Part shown: positions 14,391 to 22,292 of the stretch, in pieces
Numbering within the stretch: position 1 is the stretch's first letter
Layout: the number at the start of each line of letters is the position of its first letter
IMG/VR virus record: IMGVR_UViG_3300051213_000067
Location: 1-25,481 of that record
Direction: 5' to 3' (one strand)
Length of the DNA stretch: 25,481 bases
Source: a virus
Taxonomy: Duplodnaviria; Caudoviricetes
Notes under the pieces: model-generated
Database searches by the model: none
What the model was told of the DNA's origin: nothing
The model's input: the letters and a program-made list of their open reading frames with translations, nothing else
Translations under genes and position numbers: made by a program

Positions 14391-17023
14391 CATTTCTTCA
14401 ACTCCGTAACCGACAAGAACCTATCAACGGTTAAAGTCGTTGCCTGAGTATTAGGCTTGGCCTTTGCATATAGCGTCAATGTATAAGTGCCAGCCGCCAT
14501 ACCCGCCGCAACCGTATTCAGCGAAACAGGCGCTGAAGCAATATAAAGTGCGCCACCCGCGTTAGCATAATCTCTAAATTCGCTTATTTGAGTGCCAATG
14601 CCAGCAGGACTGGATGTAATGTAAAACTCCAATCCAAACGATCCGGCGGCATCAGGCTGACAATATGCCAGAAATGATGCAGCCACAAGAAGTGCCCCAC
14701 CATCTGTCGTAACAGTAACCTGTTGGACAACAGTCCAACTTGCACTGGATATAGATATAGTGCCGGTTGACGTTGCAGACGTAACCTTACTGACCGCATT
14801 GGCGACCAGTGACGCAGTAAGAACCTTATTGTTCTTAATCGTGCTGTCGGTGTTAATCGCACCGCTTACTGCTGTCGCCTGAAGGCCATCTACCGTGCCA
14901 GTGATGTTACCAGCAAAGGCCGTCTGCGATGCAGGCTGGTATGGGTTCTCATTTGCCAGCGATGGCTGAACAATAGATGACTTAATAACGCCAGTTGAGT
15001 TGATGTCAGCGTCAACTTTACGATATGCCTGAACACCAAACGTATAGTATTTGTCAGAAGCTAGGCCATAGAAATAGGCAACACGCTTTGCGGCTGTGAC
15101 TACCTGAATAAGCTCTGCGGACGGCGAAGATCCAATGACGTAGCTGCCATTGGTGTTTGATTTATACATATAAACCAAGAAGCCGTCGATAAAGCCCTCA
15201 GGGCCGCTCCAGTTCCACTCAAAGCTGATATTGGCCGAGCCATCATTCTCAAGTGTGTGGTCAACAGCTGTACCATCATTGTTGATGGTAGGAGCAATGA
15301 TGGGAAGATCGATGCGGTTATTCTGTTGTACGAAGTCCGTAGCGACTTGAGCTACGTCTGATGCAGCCACACCAGCCACGAGCGTACCAGCCGGAGCGCC
15401 TTCAGTAGCATTGTCATCTGGCTTGTTCCCATTGTCATCCACGATGCCAGACCAGTCAGCAGTGGTGGCTGCATCTGTGGCGGCGATAATAACTGGCGAA
15501 TTCAGCGGATCATATATGGTTGGCGCAGTTGGAGTAACAACAGGCTCCTCATTCGCATCCCACGCATAGATGGCCGCGTTTTCCTCAACCAAGGTCATCG
15601 GGACTTGGCCCGTTCCATTGATGTTCTGACTAATAACCCTGAATGGTTTATTAGCCCATCCTAGTGGTTCGAAAGATAGATAAACAATATCTCCGACTTC
15701 GCAGCCAAGCGCCTTTATTGTAAAGGTGGCAGAAAACTTGCCCTTGTACTGCATTCTTTGCAGAACTTGCTTGGCAATACGCTGCGCACGGCGACCCTCT
15801 TCGACCCAAGGCAGATCAAGAGTTTGCATTCGCTCGATTGAGTCCACAGAAGCTATCGAAATCGTAGGATATTCTACTGGCTGATAGAGGGAATTAGCCG
15901 TTGGGTCTGTATATTTACCGTGCAATGAATTGATTGATTTATCCAGCCCCTCAGTCTGATTCCAAGTGAAATCATCAAGGATGTCATTATCATCAAACTC
16001 AAGAACTGGCGTAGCCAAATCATTCTTCATTACCTGAAGAGATAGGCGGCCATTCGAATCCCTGAGAGTCCCGTTCATGCAAGTAAGGAATAGCTGGATA
16101 ATATCCATGCGATTATCGGAATCTGAGCCAACGCCAGCAGTTTCGTAGCGGCGCTGTGTTCCTCCAGCCGCTAGTGCGATTGCTTCGTCACAGATGTTCG
16201 CCGCCGTGATAAAGGACGGCATATCGATTCGCTCTGGAGGCACTCCGCATCCAACAGAAAGTTTGCCGTTGATCTTCCATCCGAGAAGGAACCAGAGAAG
16301 TTGTATAGCTGGATTGTTGCGATTGTTCGCAGCCCCACTTCCCCATGTGGCCTGATTATTAGATCTCTCAGGACCAGACCCGCCAGTTACAGTAGTGTCT
16401 AAGCGCGGGTCATATAGCTTTGCGCCTTTTCCTTTAATCGTAATACGGCTTGGTAGGCCATTAACAAGCGGGCTTTCGGCGGTCTTTGTGTTGCCAGTGC
16501 GTTTAACTCTGAAGTGAACGTAAGAACATCCAGTTAGCGTACAAGTGGAACCCCATGTGACTCCGCTATCACCGGTGATAACAATAGCGTTTGCAGACGT
16601 ACCCAAGGGACGGGTATTTACGGTAAGATAACCGACGTACTTTCCCTGCACACCAGCCGTGGTCCAAGCCAATTCGTCATCGAAATAAATTTGATCGATG
16701 CTTTCAACCTCATGGGCAGAGGTCGCCACAATATAATCAAAATACTCCTGATCCGTGCCAGAAGGCTCATAGTAACGAATGTCAGTGTTCATCGCGGTTT
16801 CGCCAATAACGAACTTGCGATGCGCTTGTGGATCGAAGGAGGCGTTCAGCCGACTGGCCTGCCCTTTGGGCATCTTGGGGCCAAACAGAGCTTGGGATGT
16901 CGTCGCAAGCGCCATGCTCACACCAGCAGCCAACAAAGCCCTAGATACAGCAGGAGGCAGGCCGACGAAAGACAGCCCAACGACCACCGCCGCAATAGCA
17001 AGTTGTTTTAGAACTCTACCCAC
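14390..17023 (-). CDS. Tail tip / host-specificity protein (gpJ-like, phage-tail_3 hub plus FN3)
   Basis: KG.KLYDPR.D, NPA......L, ID..SF..AAN.CDE, RAQRIAK..L.R and GD motifs; FN3-like GL.....YTFGVQAY. Confidence 0.88.
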   Translation of the reverse strand: MGRVLKQLAIAAVVVGLSFVGLPPAVSRALLAAGVSMALATTSQALFGPKMPKGQASRLNASFDPQAHRKFVIGETAMNTDIRYYEPSGTDQEYFDYIVATSAHEVESIDQIYFDDELAWTTAGVQGKYVGYLTVNTRPLGTSANAIVITGDSGVTWGSTCTLTGCSYVHFRVKRTGNTKTAESPLVNGLPSRITIKGKGAKLYDPRLDTTVTGGSGPERSNNQATWGSGAANNRNNPAIQLLWFLLGWKINGKLSVGCGVPPERIDMPSFITAANICDEAIALAAGGTQRRYETAGVGSDSDNRMDIIQLFLTCMNGTLRDSNGRLSLQVMKNDLATPVLEFDDNDILDDFTWNQTEGLDKSINSLHGKYTDPTANSLYQPVEYPTISIASVDSIERMQTLDLPWVEEGRRAQRIAKQVLQRMQYKGKFSATFTIKALGCEVGDIVYLSFEPLGWANKPFRVISQNINGTGQVPMTLVEENAAIYAWDANEEPVVTPTAPTIYDPLNSPVIIAATDAATTADWSGIVDDNGNKPDDNATEGAPAGTLVAGVAASDVAQVATDFVQQNNRIDLPIIAPTINNDGTAVDHTLENDGSANISFEWNWSGPEGFIDGFLVYMYKSNTNGSYVIGSSPSAELIQVVTAAKRVAYFYGLASDKYYTFGVQAYRKVDADINSTGVIKSSIVQPSLANENPYQPASQTAFAGNITGTVDGLQATAVSGAINTDSTIKNNKVLTASLVANAVSKVTSATSTGTISISSASWTVVQQVTVTTDGGALLVAASFLAYCQPDAAGSFGLEFYITSSPAGIGTQISEFRDYANAGGALYIASAPVSLNTVAAGMAAGTYTLTLYAKAKPNTQATTLTVDRFLSVTELKK

Positions 17024-17417
17024 GGCCTACTCCCCAAGATTTTGTCCATTCGCTTCTGTCTACGAATGTATAACCTATTTCCGTTGCGAAAACAGCCTTG
17101 GTATGAATCACAACGCCGACAGAGCCATCATAGAATGCTAAATCACCAGTCTGCGCAAAACCGATTGGGATTTCGTCAAACCTATCATCTATAAACTCTT
17201 GAAGATTACTAAATCCAAGAGATTTTAATGATTTTATAGATGTTAGAACACTGTGGTATTCAGGGACATCTTCCATGGGATTATGCCCTGTAATTGATTC
17301 AACAGCACCAGATGCGAAATGGGCGCAATCAAACCTCCCATAAGAAAACGATTCTTTTCGCTTGCTTATGAGATAATCGGATAATGCGTCCTCCCAATTC
17401 TTTAGTCTCTCTGTCAT
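17016..17417 (-). CDS. NlpC/P60-like tail assembly protein (DUF6950-type)
   Basis: R..W...L..Y......F.YG.FDCA.F....V..ITG...AQ.GD...GV; position matches lambda K. Confidence 0.8.
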   Translation of the reverse strand: MTERLKNWEDALSDYLISKRKESFSYGRFDCAHFASGAVESITGHNPMEDVPEYHSVLTSIKSLKSLGFSNLQEFIDDRFDEIPIGFAQTGDLAFYDGSVGVVIHTKAVFATEIGYTFVDRSEWTKSWGVGRG

Positions 17418-18076
17418 CAGTTATAATTTATATCAGTAGTTGTTGTAGCGTTTGGACCAGAGGAGTCTGTTGCCATACCTTCATAAGAAGTAAGTATGCC
17501 TGATTTGTGTGCGCCATTGGCTGCTGCTATTGACCTAGATGCTGACTCGTCATCAGGGTCATATTCCTTTTGCATTTGATATGTTTTTGCCGCCGTAACT
17601 GACAAGCTGACAAGATAGTTCTCAATTGAAAGCGTAATGGTTTGTGACTGCGAAGAGCCATTTATGGTAATGTCATTCATATAGCCCGTGTAATAGCTAT
17701 AAACGTCACCAATTTGGGCCTCATTCTCGTCCACGACATACCACCATAGGCGGGCCGTGCGCCCCTGCCAGTTATCTCTGTCTCCGATAGCGTTAAGAAA
17801 TGCTACATTGTTAACAATGAGACCAGACATGGAAACCGTCACTTGATTAGAGCCAGTTTCCTCATGCTGCACCTCAGATACGCTGATTAAATCTGATGGA
17901 TATGGTGTATATGTGTCTCCATCCAAATCAGGATCGCCGGTTCCAGAAAATGTCTTATCATATAGTCCAGTCGTGGCCCGCACAGGGTCACCGGCAATGT
18001 CTAGGTAGCAAAGCCATCTAATATAAACGACAGGCTGCTCAATCGCGGTCTGAACGATTGGAGAAAGGTTCGACAT
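17417..18076 (-). CDS. Baseplate hub / minor tail protein (gpL-like position)
   Basis: Lies between Dit and NlpC/P60; GR.A.L, G.MD-like and Q...DP.D motifs. Confidence 0.7.
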   Translation of the reverse strand: MSNLSPIVQTAIEQPVVYIRWLCYLDIAGDPVRATTGLYDKTFSGTGDPDLDGDTYTPYPSDLISVSEVQHEETGSNQVTVSMSGLIVNNVAFLNAIGDRDNWQGRTARLWWYVVDENEAQIGDVYSYYTGYMNDITINGSSQSQTITLSIENYLVSLSVTAAKTYQMQKEYDPDDESASRSIAAANGAHKSGILTSYEGMATDSSGPNATTTTDINYN

Positions 18077-18666
18077 TAGAACGACTCACGCAAGTTGAAG
18101 GACAATGAGTAAACTAAACCGGGTTCTACTGAATATCCCGGCTCCTCAACAAAATACATCAGCGCATATGGGTTCTTGAATTCAATGAGAGAGTTGTCAG
18201 CAGGACTGACGCGGATCGCTGGCGCGAACGAGATCGTAGCGTTGCCAGATGAATCGCTCACCACATTAGCGGTCAATTGCAAAAGCTGGTCACCAATCGT
18301 GACAAACTGACCTCCGTAAAGCACGGTGCTAGATACAGGCCAACCATCTGTTATGAGGCTTCGCCCAGTCTGACCAGCACCATTTACTCTTGGTGTAGCT
18401 GTTGCGCTGGATTGCTCAATCTCGTTAACAGGAACCCTGAAATCATTGGCAGCGCCTTGAGCCGCGCCAATAAAAGCCCGCCAGTTATTAAATGCACTCT
18501 CACCAACAATTGGTGGCAACGTGACATTGCATTCCCACCAGCCACGCCCAGATGGCAGAACCTGACGAGCGCCTGTCCATTCAGAAACATTCTGCTGTGA
18601 TGGTTGCACCAATCGCCATGACATTGACGCTGGCTTTGGGGTGCTAGGAAAGGTTATTGTAGCCAT
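18076..18666 (-). CDS. Distal tail protein
   Basis: Follows the TMP; S.WTG..Q...G.W.....LP, G....F, F.P.IR, F...E.F. Confidence 0.75.
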   Translation of the reverse strand: MATITFPSTPKPASMSWRLVQPSQQNVSEWTGARQVLPSGRGWWECNVTLPPIVGESAFNNWRAFIGAAQGAANDFRVPVNEIEQSSATATPRVNGAGQTGRSLITDGWPVSSTVLYGGQFVTIGDQLLQLTANVVSDSSGNATISFAPAIRVSPADNSLIEFKNPYALMYFVEEPGYSVEPGLVYSLSFNLRESF

Positions 18667-20237
18667 TAGCCAATTGTTCCCGGTAAGCGTGGGCGTGATG
18701 CTGTCTTCAACGTCCTATTTTGAGCAGCGGCAATGATATATGGAGCAGCTTGCGCGATTCCTTGCTCAACCTGCATACGAACTGCGGCTGGATCAGAGGC
18801 TCCACGGGCATCGACATTGATTACCATGCCATTGCCCATCTTATTGTTTGGCACAATGCTGCCAGAACGAGACGGAACGAACATTTCAGGTCCGCGTTCA
18901 CCAACAACGTACGGCTTCCCAGCCTGAACTGGACCGCCTATAGCTTTTCCCGGCAATGTTATTCCAGTAATGCTACTAATACCCTTCGCAATCATCCCTG
19001 TGATTTGCTGAACGACAAACATTTCAAACAGTTTGTTAATAACTGAATCAATGACATTGCTCATCACCTGCTTGAAACTCATAGCACCAGTAATCATGCC
19101 CTTAATGCCGTCAGAGAAAGCACGGCCCATTGCGTCTGACATAGATGTGATTCTATCGATTGGGCGTTGGATCGCTTCAATTGCTGGCTTTGCAGAATCA
19201 ATTGATTTCGACACATTTTCGCCAAGTGACTCAAGAGACGATCTTGCTATAGACTCACCGACACGATCCATTTCTTTAACAAACTGGTTGCCAAAGATAG
19301 CTGAAGAGTTTTGGATTTCTGACATCAACTCTTTGAGTGTTACCATCTTATCGTTCAGCTTCTCGACTGCGCTAGATTGTCTTCCAGCAGCAGCGGCTGA
19401 TGATTCATGCTCAGATTTAACGCGGCCATTAGCTTGAATTAATGCAACAAACATATTGTTTACTGCGGTTGTTGCCTTCTCCAACTTAACAGTTTCTGCC
19501 GTCAGTTGTTCAGTGCTTGCTGATAGAGCCTTGTTATTATTACGCATATCAAGCGTTACGCCAGTCGCCATTTCCGCTTGTGCGCGAAGTCCCCCAGCGC
19601 CAGCAACCTGCTCTCGCAGCGCCTTCCTGCGATCTAATAAGGTTTGCTGTTGCGCAATGAGATTATCAACAACACCCTTTTGAGTAATCATTGATAATTT
19701 TGCGGTTTCGTACATCTGCCGCCGGATTTCCATGTAGGCTTCCGCCGTCTTTGCCAAGGCAAGACGCACATTAGATTCTGATTCTACACGACTAGCAGTT
19801 GCACCATCCAATTCATTTGATGCTTCTTTCGTCTCCTTCATCCTTGCGATGAGAGGAATAAGCAAACTTGCGCCGATCAATAACCCTGTAGCCAGAGGGC
19901 CGCCAAGGAATCGACCAACTTTACCAATGCTATCCCCAGCCTGACCTGCGACATACACAAGGTCACCCATTTGCTGAACAAGGGCAGTTGTTACGGGAGT
20001 GCCAGCAGCAATCTGACCGAAGAACTGATTGAGTTGTATCCCGCTTTGAGAAAACGCCTGACGCTGCTGACGAACAGCCTTCTCAGCATCACTCGTTTTC
20101 TGCCGGACTGTATCTTGGACTTGCCCAAGTCCGTTCATCGCGTTCTTGATTTGAGCTACTTCGCGCTTCAATGCCTCAAAGGCATCGCGGCCAACAAACT
20201 CAGCTACAAGCTCAACGCTTAGTTGCTCTGCCGCCAT
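18666..20237 (-). CDS. Tail tape measure protein (523 aa)
   Basis: Ala-rich helical sequence; Q......QI..G......QQ.G and C-terminal A.GGPV..G.PY.VGERGPE.FVP..SG.IVPN. Confidence 0.93.
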   Translation of the reverse strand: MAAEQLSVELVAEFVGRDAFEALKREVAQIKNAMNGLGQVQDTVRQKTSDAEKAVRQQRQAFSQSGIQLNQFFGQIAAGTPVTTALVQQMGDLVYVAGQAGDSIGKVGRFLGGPLATGLLIGASLLIPLIARMKETKEASNELDGATASRVESESNVRLALAKTAEAYMEIRRQMYETAKLSMITQKGVVDNLIAQQQTLLDRRKALREQVAGAGGLRAQAEMATGVTLDMRNNNKALSASTEQLTAETVKLEKATTAVNNMFVALIQANGRVKSEHESSAAAAGRQSSAVEKLNDKMVTLKELMSEIQNSSAIFGNQFVKEMDRVGESIARSSLESLGENVSKSIDSAKPAIEAIQRPIDRITSMSDAMGRAFSDGIKGMITGAMSFKQVMSNVIDSVINKLFEMFVVQQITGMIAKGISSITGITLPGKAIGGPVQAGKPYVVGERGPEMFVPSRSGSIVPNNKMGNGMVINVDARGASDPAAVRMQVEQGIAQAAPYIIAAAQNRTLKTASRPRLPGTIG

Positions 20238-20385
20238 TTTGTTCGCGCTCCTGCTCTAATCTAAAATAAGCCACCCACTCGTTATACTCGTCAATTGAGA
20301 TAGTCTCAACTTCGTAAATGAAGCGGCCTAACCGATCCGCCAAAGCAATGAGATTATGCCTGAACGGATCGGCTCTTAGTTTTTT
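20212..20385 (-). CDS. gpT-like extension of the tail assembly chaperone via -1 frameshift
   Basis: Slippery A AAA AAC (20385-20379). The -1 frame reads LRADPFRHNLIALADRLGRFIYEVETISIDEYNEWVAYFRLEQEREQNGGRATKR*. Confidence 0.85.
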   Translation of the reverse strand, partial: KKLRADPFRHNLIALADRLGRFIYEVETISIDEYNEWVAYFRLEQEREQNGGRATKR

Positions 20386-20720
20386 TCCTGTTCCTCAACG
20401 CTATCCGACGACATCATAGCACCAGCGATGCGGGTAATCAGCGCCATCGGTTCACGCATAAGGACAGGCTTGTCATCAAGGCCAAACAGCTTGTTGCCGT
20501 CCTTATCCTCTGCCTTCATGACGATGATTTCCACCATCCCAGCAAGCGAGATGTTCTGAAGGAAGTTTGGATGCTTCCGCTGAACCTTGTCCATTTCCAT
20601 AGCCAAGAACGGCCCATAATAGACAATCAGGGGAGAAGAATCATCTTCCCCCCATTCAGCCACTTCCATACTCTTACGTTGGGCATCCTGCCGGGCCGCG
20701 AGACGTTTAGCTAAACTCAT
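20376..20720 (-). CDS. Tail assembly chaperone (gpG-like)
   Basis: Lies between tail tube and TMP; D.DG.KLF motif; ends EKN*. Confidence 0.88.
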   Translation of the reverse strand: MSLAKRLAARQDAQRKSMEVAEWGEDDSSPLIVYYGPFLAMEMDKVQRKHPNFLQNISLAGMVEIIVMKAEDKDGNKLFGLDDKPVLMREPMALITRIAGAMMSSDSVEEQEKN

Positions 20721-20742
20721 AAATCCCCTTTCTTGTTCAACC

Positions 20743-21135
20743 TTACGATGCTGTGGCGAATGTCAGCGCGCCCGTTCCTTGGAACGAGATGCTGCTTTCA
20801 ACCAAGCCATCAAAAGACGAATTGATCGTGACACCAGTTACAATTGCCAAACCAGTATAATACTTGTCGCCAGTCGTCGCGCCTTCTGGATACAAGTTCA
20901 AGGTGACTTCCGCACCTTCCACCAGAGCGCCCTGACCAGTTGTGTCAGTCTCGTCCCAGAAGCAATCAAGCGAACCAGACCAGCCTTTCAGCGTGGTCTT
21001 AAACGTGCGCCAAGAATCACCCATTGTAGTGTCTTCAGCCGTATCAGCCGTTGTAGCAACAGAGAACGAACGGATTTCAGCGACGGTATTCGCGCCGACT
21101 TTGACAGTACCTTCACTGCCGGTATGCGTAGCCAT
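20743..21135 (-). CDS. Major tail tube protein
   Basis: G.EG.VK.G...VAEI.S......D..E.T..GD.W......LK.WSGS...SISFQG.GAL. Confidence 0.9.
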   Translation of the reverse strand: MATHTGSEGTVKVGANTVAEIRSFSVATTADTAEDTTMGDSWRTFKTTLKGWSGSLDCFWDETDTTGQGALVEGAEVTLNLYPEGATTGDKYYTGLAIVTGVTINSSFDGLVESSISFQGTGALTFATAS

Positions 21136-21287
21136 TATTCAACCTCCTCAGATTCAATAGACTCTACCGGCTCAACAACCGGCTTGTTAACAGGATGCCA
21201 GCCCTTCTCCGCGAAAGACTGCAAATCGCACTCAGGAACCCGGATAGGTTCCCCAGCGTCCTTATGATGAACCGTTACCAACTTCAT
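21135..21287 (-). CDS. Small hypothetical protein (50 aa), not in the ORF track
   Basis: MKLVTVHHKDAGEPIRVPECDLQSFAEKGWHPVNKPVVEPVESIESEEVE*. ATGA and TAATG overlaps at the two ends. Confidence 0.8.
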   Translation of the reverse strand: MKLVTVHHKDAGEPIRVPECDLQSFAEKGWHPVNKPVVEPVESIESEEVE

Positions 21288-21727
21288 CGTGCAGTCTCCA
21301 CATCGTTGATCGCCGTGATATATTCACAAGCGAATACAAGCCGTGCTGAAGAGATTGGCTTCTCACCATCGGTGACAATATCAACCTCAGTACTTGTCAA
21401 TATACAAGATTTAGCCAGACCATTCAATTGGTAGTCATTACCCACTGCTTCTTCCACGTTGACGCAGAGAGTATCAATGGTATCTTGGATTGTTGTGCTG
21501 GTTCCAGTGCAGAGAATATGCACAGCAACATTGATGACGCGCCGCACAGTTCGTGCGCCAATCGTAATCAGCGATGACGACTCATCCATCGTGTAGACAA
21601 GGATTGCGGGCAGTTTGGAGTCGTCCAGAGCGTAGCGCCGCATCTTGTAGACGCTGTTGCCAGTCGTCGGCAGACCCGTCAGGATGGTCGCCATGCGGTC
21701 ACGGATTTGCTGACGAACGTGAGACAT
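21284..21727 (-). CDS. Tail terminator / tail completion protein
   Basis: MSH.R.QIR.....L.GL, LPAI.VY...E, D.....VE.A; position in the head-tail block. Confidence 0.8.
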   Translation of the reverse strand: MSHVRQQIRDRMATILTGLPTTGNSVYKMRRYALDDSKLPAILVYTMDESSSLITIGARTVRRVINVAVHILCTGTSTTIQDTIDTLCVNVEEAVGNDYQLNGLAKSCILTSTEVDIVTDGEKPISSARLVFACEYITAINDVETAR

Positions 21728-22038
21728 TAGTTACGCTCCATAACCAGCGTTGTAATGCCAAGGCCGTCAGTGGCGACCACACGGATGGTATATGTCACAT
21801 TGCGAATCTTGATAGTGTCGCCTTCAGCCGCATCAGGAAGATCAACTGTGCGGCAAACAAAGGTAGGCTTGAGGATTGTCACATCCATCATGTCAGTAGC
21901 GGTCACACTTGCATGAGGATTATCGAAGATGCCATTAATGGTCACAGGACGCTTATTGGTCTTAGTGTAAATGCCAGCAGTCCCGAAATCATCGAGTTCA
22001 AAGAAGATAGAGAGGTCGGTATCCGACTCAACGCCCAT
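21727..22038 (-). CDS. Head-tail joining (closure) protein
   Basis: F...DFG, GIFD, GD...I....Y.I.....DG.G...L; position in the head-tail block. Confidence 0.8.
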   Translation of the reverse strand: MGVESDTDLSIFFELDDFGTAGIYTKTNKRPVTINGIFDNPHASVTATDMMDVTILKPTFVCRTVDLPDAAEGDTIKIRNVTYTIRVVATDGLGITTLVMERN

Positions 22039-22237
22039 TAGACGGCTTTCTGCCACGCGGCTTAGGTTCGCGGAACTCTACAGGCTCAACGCGATTTTCA
22101 ATAACGGTTTCATCGTGCGGTACGGCCTTGCCGTATGCCATCAGGGCCTTGCCTTCAGTTGCGTTTACTTCAACGATGTCGCCAACCTTACGGATAACGC
22201 CATTAGCAACTGTAGATTTGATAATACGATACTTCAT
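22028..22237 (-). CDS. Small head-associated protein
   Basis: GD.VEV...E...L...GKA motif and basic tail; directly after the capsid gene; SD GGAGG. Confidence 0.75.
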   Translation of the reverse strand: MKYRIIKSTVANGVIRKVGDIVEVNATEGKALMAYGKAVPHDETVIENRVEPVEFREPKPRGRKPSNGR

Positions 22238-22253
22238 ATTCCCTCCGAAGGTT

Positions 22254-22281
22254 GGGGGTAGCCGACTTCCAGACTACCCCC
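22254..22281 (-). promoter_or_regulatory. Stem-loop after the capsid gene (partial terminator or mRNA stabiliser)
   Basis: GGGGGTAGTC-TGGAAGTC-GGCTACCCCC; no U-tract. Confidence 0.55.
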
Positions 22282-22292
22282 TCCCCTAGTCG

